Source: the human T2T-CHM13v2.0 reference genome, Homo sapiens
DNA: 64,000 nucleotides
Assembly: GCF_009914755.1 (NCBI RefSeq)
Contig: NC_060932.1
Direction: 5' to 3' (one strand)
Shown: in pieces, positions 55,461-64,000 of the stretch
Layout: every line of letters begins with the position of its first letter
How positions within the stretch are numbered: position 1 is the stretch's first letter
Position numbers and translations under genes: made by a program
Notes under the pieces: generated by a model
Databases searched by the model: none
What the model saw: the letters and a program-made list of their open reading frames with translations, nothing else
Told to the model about the DNA's origin: nothing

Positions 55461-56458
55461 ATTAAACTAAGGAGCTTCTGCACAGCAGAAGAAACTATCA
55501 AAAGACAACCTACTGAATGGTAGAAAATTTTTACAAACTATGAATCTGACAAAGACCTAATATCCAGCCTCTATAAGGAACTTAAACAAATTTACAAGAA
55601 AAAATACAACCTCATTAAAAAGTGGACAAAGTTTATGAACAGACACTTTTAAAAGAAAACATACATGAAGCCAACAAGCATATGAAAAAAAGGTCGACAT
55701 TACTGACCATTAGAGAAACGCAAATCAAAACCACAATGAGATACTGTCTCACCACCTCAGTCAGAATGGCTATATATCAAAATGTCAAAAAATAAAAGGT
55801 GCCGGTGAGGTTACAGAGGAAAGAGAACACTTATACTACTGGTGGGAGTGTAAATTAGTTCAATCATGGTGTAGTACAGTGCAGCAATTCCTCAAAGACC
55901 TAAAAACAGAACTACCATCTCACCTAGCAATTCCATTACTGGGTATATACCCAAAGGGATGTAAATTGTTCTACTATAAAGATATATGCACGTGTATATT
56001 CATTGTAGCACTATTCACAATAGCAAAGACATGGAATCAACTTAAATGCCCACTGATGATAAACTGGATAAAGTAAATTTGGCACATATATATCATGGAA
56101 TAATATGCAGCCATGAAAAAGAATGAGATCATGTCCTTTGCAGGAACATGGATGGAGCTGGAGGCCGTTATCCTTAGCAAACTAACACAGGAACAAAAAA
56201 CTAAATACCACATGCCCTCACTTATAAGTAAGAGCTTAATGATGAGAACTCTTGGACACAGAGAGGGAAACCACAGACACTGGGGCCCATTGGAGGATGG
56301 AGGGTGGGAGGAGGGAGAGGATCAGTAATAACAACCAACGGGTACTAGGCTTAATACTCCGACGATGAAATATTCTGTACAACAAATGCCCATGACACAA
56401 GTTTACATATATAACGAACCTACACATGTACCCCTGAACTTAAAATAAAAGTTAAAAA
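55461..56458 (+). mobile_element. L1PA (older) 3' ~1 kb
   Basis: ATTAAACTAAGGAGCTTCTGCACAGCA.. ; ORF MKKNEIMSFAGTWMELEAVILSKL; 3'UTR end CCCCTGAACTTAAAATAAAAG. Confidence 0.92.
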
Positions 56459-57920
56459 CCAAAATCAAAATCTTCATCCTTGAGTGGTTTGTAGCAGTCA
56501 TCTTGGTGAAAATTTAATATCTGATTTAATTAATTCCAGAGTCGAGGTATCCCAGGAAACATATTCTTGCCTTTTCTTTTCTTCTATTATTCCCGTCTCT
56601 TTTTTTCAGGAGTTTATTTAACTAAACCAATTACTCAAAACCATAAGAATTGTGAGGACGAACCCAATTTTTTGAGTGAGGAAAGAAGGAACATCCTAAA
56701 CTAGGAAGCATACACCTATTCTCTAACTAGGAAACTTCACAATCCTTTAAAGAAGAATTCCTGGAGTAAACTTCATTGCACAGTTGAAACTATCAGACAG
56801 GGACGTTAAAGTAATTGTATTTAATGTATTAAAGGTCTAGTGGTAAAGGTAAAAAAAATGGATGAATAGATGGGGTATTTCAACCAAAAGTAAGAAATTA
56901 TTTTAAGAACAGCCAAATGGAAATATACCTAATATCACAATGTCAGAAATTAATAATTCCTTAGATGGAATTATCAGGGCATTACATACACCTAAAGAAA
57001 CAATCATAGACCTAGAGGGCAGGCAATAGAAATTATCTGAGCTGGAACACAAAGAGGGAAAACAAAGAAAGAAAACAAAAGGAGAATCCAAGATATGTGA
57101 AACAATACCACACAGTCTATCACATGTGCAACAGGTGACTCAAAAGGAGAAAAGAGAGAGAGCGAGGCAAATAAATACTTGAAGGGATAATAGCCAAGAA
57201 TGTTCTTCAGAAAATTAGTGAACAATGTTAAATCATAGATCTAAGAAGCTTACAGAACTTGAAAAATCAGATGAACTTTTTAAAAACGTAGATGAATCAT
57301 GATTACATTGCTAAAAAAAAAAAAAGAAAAAGAAAGAAAGAAAAAAGGAAGCTTTTGAAGGCAGCTAGGAAAAAAAAAGAAATGTTATATGGAAATGAAA
57401 AAGACAGAAATGATATCAGACTCCTTTTTCAAAAATATGCAAGCCCAAACATAAAAGAAGGCTTTAAAGCACTAAAATAAAACCTGTCAACTCAAAATTC
57501 TATACCTGGCAAAAATATCATTCAAAAATGGTAGTGAGATAAAGGACTTTTCAGACAATAGTTTAAAGACCTCATTGCCATTTAAACTGCACTACCAGAA
57601 ATGTTAGATTAAATACTATCTTTTTCATGCAGAAGGAATGTGGATCTACACAAAGGAATTAAGACTGCCAGTAATCGTTAAAATAAAGGTAGATGTAAAT
57701 GTCCTTTTTTCCCAAAAAAATGTTAGTTTAAAAGAATTTGACTTTCTGAAGAGTAACTATATATTGTGAGGTTTACAATATATGTATTAATTAACTATAT
57801 GGCAACAATAGCCCAGAGGATAAAATAAGGAAATTGAGGTATATGGTTACAATGTTCATATACTATATGTGAGGTGGCACAATATTATTTGAAAGTAAAC
57901 TGTGGTAAATTAAAGATGTA

Positions 57921-58272
57921 CAGGCATACCTTGTTTTATAGCTTTGTTTTATCATGCTTTGCAGACACTGTGTTCTTTACAAATTGAAGGTTTGTGGCAA
58001 AACGGCATCAAGAAAGTCCATCAGTGAAGCCATTTTTCCAACAGCATGTACTGTCTCTTTCTCAGTATTTTTTAATGAAAGCATTTATAATTAAGTATTT
58101 TTAAATTTAGGTGTACACATCTTTTAGACATAATGCCATTGCACATTATAGTATAAACATAACTTTAATATGCACTGGGAAACAAAAACATTTGTGTGGC
58201 ACTCTTTATTGTAAAATTTTTATGATTTTGATGAACCAGAACAAATAATGCAATAGCTCCAAGGTATGCCTG
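57921..58272 (+). mobile_element. Internally deleted Tigger1 (MITE-like)
   Basis: TIRs CAGGCATACCTTG...CAAGGTATGCCTG with TA target duplication; Tigger1 5' sequence TTTACAAATTGAAGGTTTGTGGC. Confidence 0.88.
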
Positions 58273-58634
58273 TATATTATCAACCTTTAGCAACCTTTAT
58301 ATTGTCAATATTCATATATATAGAATGGTAATAAAGCTATGTAATTAATAAGCCAATGGTAGAAATAAAAAGGGATTATACATACTACTCACTATTTTTT
58401 AAAAGGTCTGAAAGGGAAAAAAAGACCAAAGTCCTAGATGAGGTGAAAAGATACAATTATTAAAATGGCAGACTGAAATCCAGCTATGTCAATTATTACA
58501 TTAAGAGTAAACGGTCTAAACAGGCTGAATGAAAGGCAGACATTGCTGGATTGTCTAAAACAGCAGATCCAACTACATGTTGTAAGAGTAAAAACTTTAT
58601 GAAGACATAAATAAAAGTATTGGAGAGGAAAAAA

Positions 58635-58890
58635 ATGTGTGTATGCATATATATGTGTATATATATACGTGTGTATATGTATATTTGTGTGTATACACAT
58701 ATATATACACACACACAAATATACATATACCCACAAATATATATGCATATTCATATATATGTACATATACACAAATATGTACACAGAAATAATATATGCA
58801 AACACACAAATATACATATACACACATATATATACACATATACATATATATCTATATATATACACAAATATACATATACACACATACCCA
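58635..58890. repeat. (TA/CA/TG)n low-complexity tract
   Basis: Directly visible; source of the Y/I/C/V/H-rich ORFs. Confidence 0.95.
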
Positions 58891-59424
58891 ACACTAATCA
58901 AATGAAGACTGGAGTGGTGCCATGAACATCATACTAAGTAATCTTTTGAAGAGAAAAGATATACTGGGGATATCTTTTGAAAAGAAAATGTTATCAGGGA
59001 TAAAGAAGAACATTGCCTAATGATAAAGAAATCAATTTATCAAAAAAATTAATGGTAAGTATATGTACATTACACACTCCAATGTACGTAAAACAAAAAC
59101 TGATGGAACTGAAATGAAAGGATAAAGAGAGAAATCTACAATTCTAGTTGGAGACTTAAACTATCATCTCTCAGTAATTGACAGACTACATGGATATAAG
59201 ATCAGTAAGAGTATAGAAACTTTCAACAATACTATCAGCCATATTGACCTAGTTGAGATATACAGAATCCTCTACCCAAGAACAACAGCAAATACTTTAC
59301 TTTCAAGTATTCATGAAACATTCAACCCAAATGAAAAATATGCTAGGCCATAAAACAAATCTCATTCCATAACAAAAGGATTGAAATCATATCCTCTCTT
59401 GCCACAGTGGAATCTGATCAATAG

Positions 59425-59823
59425 CTGAATGTGTTTTATTTGGGAAACTAGTATATTCCACTATATTCTGCCGAGAAATTTGGGGATATCAGGAAGAAGG
59501 ACATACAGACACTAATAAATATGAAATAAAGTTTATTACTCAGATAGTAAATGGCAAAAGTATTCTCCAAGAAAAGGGATCAGATTCCTTCTGTAGTAAA
59601 ACAACCATGAGAAGAATAGATGACCCCAGCTTATTTTGGATTAAGAGGTGAAACCAGGTAGGGATCTACATGGTTTGAACTTCTCCGCCAATGCCAAGGG
59701 AGGGAGCTCCTGAGCTTTTTTGTAAATCAGTTTTCCAGATGTGAGGCAAAAGGTAAAGAGGGAGGGGTGGAGCTTTAAAGCTGTCAGTGATCAAACATCA
59801 AAATAGGAATCAGTCTTTATTAT
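59425..59823 (-). mobile_element. ERVL LTR (MER74/MER73-like)
   Basis: Minus strand begins TATAATAAAGACTGATTCCTATTTTGATGTTTG, similar to the MER74-family start; AATAAA near its 3' end. Confidence 0.6.
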
Positions 59824-61144
59824 AGAAAGATATCTGGATAATTCTTACATATTTATAAGCTGAACAATATGATAGCTCAATGTGAACTATCTAGACAGTT
59901 CATAATATAACTAATGTGTTATAATTTACTTGAGAAGATAGAGGATGAGGTGAGGTCCTTCAAGTAAGTTAAGTCTTAACCTAACACAAATACTACTCAT
60001 GAGATATAGTCTAAAATCAATAAATCATAATACATTATAGATAATTATAATTTGTATCATAATACATATAACACTATATACATATGAAACTATATACACA
60101 TATATAACATATATACATACATTATAAACATATGCATATAATTTAGAAATATAGAGATTGCCACCAGAAGATATAGCTGGCAAGGTTACAAAGTGATTTC
60201 AGTTGTCAAGTGGGACTGAGCACTTCAGGATTTTCACCTTAATAGAGGTGTATTTTTTAACAAAAAAACAACTAGGCCAAATTAAAAGAAAAACAAAAAC
60301 GAAACCAAATAATAAGCAAACTTTCTTTCCTTGCTCTACTCTTCACTATGAGACGTTAAGAGATTCACTTTAACTCTGAGTCACATGTTCTTACCTTAGT
60401 AAGAACAAAATTGAGTTGAATAATGTTCCCCAAGGGATGTCCCTGGGTCACAACTGTTATACACGAAAAGGGTTCTGATGTGGAGCTTGGACTTCAGTTT
60501 TAGTTAAATTAAACAATTAAAACAATTTTGTTTTTTACTTTAGGATGTCTTCAAGTCACCCAAGCAGTTTCTACTGTGAATCTTTGAGAGGGAGATTGCA
60601 AGGGGCCATCAAAAGTCATTCCAAGTCAAACCAAGGTAAAACCTGATGACAGTGATGGGATTTTTCTCAGCAAATGGTCTTGGGTCTGCTAGAATATACA
60701 AATGAATAAACATTCAAGGTCCAAAAGTTTCTTTTACATTTGGCTATAGGTTGAAAGCATGAGATGTTTATGAAGTAAACACCCAACATGGCCAAAGTGA
60801 AATGTCAGTAAGACAACTACAGAAATGTGATCTTTGAGATAACTTTCTAATTCACCCTCTAAGCTATTCATAAAATGTATAGCTAAAACATGTATACTAG
60901 GATTTGAGTTTTTCTCATTCATAAGACCACTTGCATCTGTTGCATGATATCTTCTATTAATTTTAATAAGTATCAGCAAAGCAAAACATTTCTTCAAATC
61001 TTGCATTCATCTGGTTTTTCTCAACTCTAACTACAAAACTTAGGGTTTCTTATCTTTTCATTCATATGTGATACCTTTTATATATTTTTTTCTTCATGAA
61101 TTTTTCTTCATTTGCATTTCTTCTTCTCATAAAAACTATCCTTG

Positions 61145-61520
<376 letters not shown>

Positions 61521-62302
61521 TCAAAAAATTCTCAATTGCTTATTTTCTCTTTTAGGAGATAAGCTGTTATTTTAACTCTGTCTTTATTATCTAAGGCACT
61601 TCCGAATCTGTTTCTTTTGTCTGCTTTTCACTGTCATCCAGGATGTCTTGTATTCTTTGTACCTGATTCCTTTCTTTGTACTCGACATTATATTTGCAAA
61701 ATTGTTGTAGAAAATTATTTGAGAGCTACCACATCACCTTCCTTTAGAGAGGAATTAGGCTGCTTTTGTCTGGTACTTGGATGCACTAACTATCTGGGAT
61801 CACTTCAATTCAATTCCAAAGATTAAAATGATTCATACCTGAGCTGTAGTCCTTGAAAAGGTCTATCTATTCCTAGTTCTTTTTTTTTTTTTCCAAAGGT
61901 GTAATTTTCGGCCCCTCACTAAAGGTAAAGGATGCTTAGCAGAACCACTGCTTTTGATGGGACCTGGACTCTAAACCCTATTACCCTAGTTCTGTGAGAC
62001 TGTCAGTAGCAAAATTCAGCTGCCTGTCAACTGCCCCGGGATTATCAATAATCTAGGGGGAAAATAGCCCAAGTGCTAGAATTTGCCAATCTTGGTTTTG
62101 TTCTCTTCTTGAATCCTGGGCTGGTATTTCTTCATTAACACTCTGATGCCTTTTTAAATAGAAGGCCTTTGTTTGTATTGTTTAATCCAGTTTTTCAAGT
62201 TGTCCTCAGCAGAGGACTGTCTTTTATCCAGTGTTTTGTTATTTACAAATATTAGAAATAATACAAATATTACAATTACAATAATACTAATATTACAAAG
62301 AA

Positions 62303-62357
62303 TATTTATGTTACTTATAAATATTATTTATGTTACTTATAAATATTATTTATGTTA
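62303..62357. repeat. 22-bp AT-rich tandem repeat (2.5 copies)
   Basis: TATTTATGTTACTTATAAATAT x2.5. Confidence 0.9.
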
Positions 62358-64000
62358 TTATTACTACCACTGTAATTCATGCATTAATCATCTACTGAAC
62401 TAAGTCTCTAACTGGCTTTCAAGGCTTCTGGGCTCTATTATTACTCCCTTGCATCAAACCTGTCTCCACACTGCTCCCAGGGTGATAGTCTAACACAAAA
62501 ATCCAATAATGTCACTTAGATGTTTTAAATTATTTAAAAACTTCACTGCATACAGATAACATTATGTAGAAAAAATAAAGTGGTTATGAACTTTATAGCA
62601 AAATAAACCTTATTTCGAATCCTCACTCTAACAACAGCTGCATGAGTTTGGACAAGCTACTTAAGTTCTAAGCTTCAATTTTCTAATCTCTAAAGCAAGC
62701 ATGGTATTAACACCTAACATAAAAAAGTGTTTTGAAGATTAAGTAAGAAGTAAAGTACTAACTATGGAGAGTATTAAGAAGATAATTCTCTTCTTGTTAT
62801 AGCATTGCATGAGTTCAATAGACATTAGAAGTTTTCTTTTCTCTGAACTACCTCTGACAGTGCAAACATTCCATAATTTGTCTTCCTTCCATTCCTTTCC
62901 ACATATTATTTTATCCTTTAACTAGGAGAGAATCCAGAGGAAAAATAGAAATAAGTGTGGTTTCTCCCATATTCCACAGTAGTTAGAGGGCCAAACACTC
63001 TTTCCTACTGCAAAAGAAGCTATTCAGAGGGCCTCTACCCATGACCACTTCTTTAGATTACAGATGGAGAATCGATCCACAGAAAATATGATAATACTGA
63101 AATTTGCTTGATTTTTCTTCATGGGAATCCATATTCCACATGGTTAAATGGGATTAAGTAAATATAGGCTATTCTCCAACAAAAAAGTAGTGGTTACAAT
63201 AAGACAGAGCAAGAATTCAAGTTTAAATCAAGAAAAAATGTCTGAGGCCTCTATCAAGGGAGAAACATACTGATGGCATTTTAACAAAAGAGGAAAAACT
63301 CAATGTAGGATGCAAATGATATACAAGGGAGACACAAATTAACTGTTTGAATGAATTTTAACTACTTTAGAAGGAATAAAATTGCCCTCTTAGTTCTGAT
63401 AATTTTCTGTCACCCTAGAGAAAAATAAAATGTGATTTCCAAAATAGCAGAAAGAGCAACTCTCCTTCTAAAAACAGAAAAATAGAAATGATCAGCTGGC
63501 TGCCAATTGTATGTTGTTAAATTAAATTATATTATAAATGTATACATTTTCTATATAACATGATATATACAACCAAAAAAGGAACTATTAAAATTTATAT
63601 CTAAAGTAATGTCATCTCTTAGAAAATTTCTATCAAATGCACAACTTCCTAAAGTGTCTACATGATTAGCATCATGTTAACTCTCTTTATTTTTCAGATT
63701 TTCGGGACCCCTTTGTTATCTGATTCTTCAAATGAGTCATCCTTCTTTACCCCATTTACAATCAGGGTATATTTGGAATTTAAATAACTGTAAAAATAAG
63801 AGAATAAGATATAAAGGACACATAAAGATATAAAGGTGACCTTTAAACTTAATTTTACCATACTGAAGTTGACAAAGTAGTTGATGATTTTTAAATGTGG
63901 CAATATAGCCTAAACATGTTAAATACAATTTTCCAAAAAATGACAATTACAAATACATTAGATAGTCTAGGAAGAAAGCTGTAGTTGTTTGATGCTGTGA

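Larger units (their letters stand above)
56770..59410 (+). mobile_element. Old L1M (ORF1 to ORF2 endonuclease) with insertions
   Basis: ORF1-like CTGTCAACTCAAAATTCTATACCTGGCAAAAATATC; endonuclease-like AATTATTACATTAAG, CTAGTTGGAGACTTAAAC. Confidence 0.75.

Noticed and set aside
58434-58925. Five overlapping Y/I/C/V/H-rich ORFs
   Set aside because: Dinucleotide low-complexity artefact

Overview
AT-rich, CpG-depleted primate genomic DNA, most likely human, given a near-consensus AluYa-like element and an L1PA2-like 3' end. Much of the window is interspersed repeat: nested L1s, about ten Alus, MIR/L2, four solo LTRs (MER61-, MLT1A-, MER74- and ERVL-like) and DNA-transposon relics (MER20, MER44, Charlie1, Tigger1). 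I recognise no intact known protein-coding gene; most entries in the supplied ORF track are Alu, L1 or simple-repeat artefacts. The main non-repeat signal is a chain of AG/GT-bounded candidate exons on the minus strand (about 39.8 to 15.6 kb). These suggest a spliced lncRNA, small-ORF gene or decayed gene, and some combinations splice into phase-compatible short ORFs. Other directly visible oddities: a near-perfect 103-bp dispersed duplication, a ~165-bp inverted duplication inside an LTR, a twin-primed inverted L1, an L1 3' transduction, and a ~330-bp polypurine tract. Repeat subfamily names are recalled from consensus sequences, not from a database search, and boundaries of old repeats are approximate.
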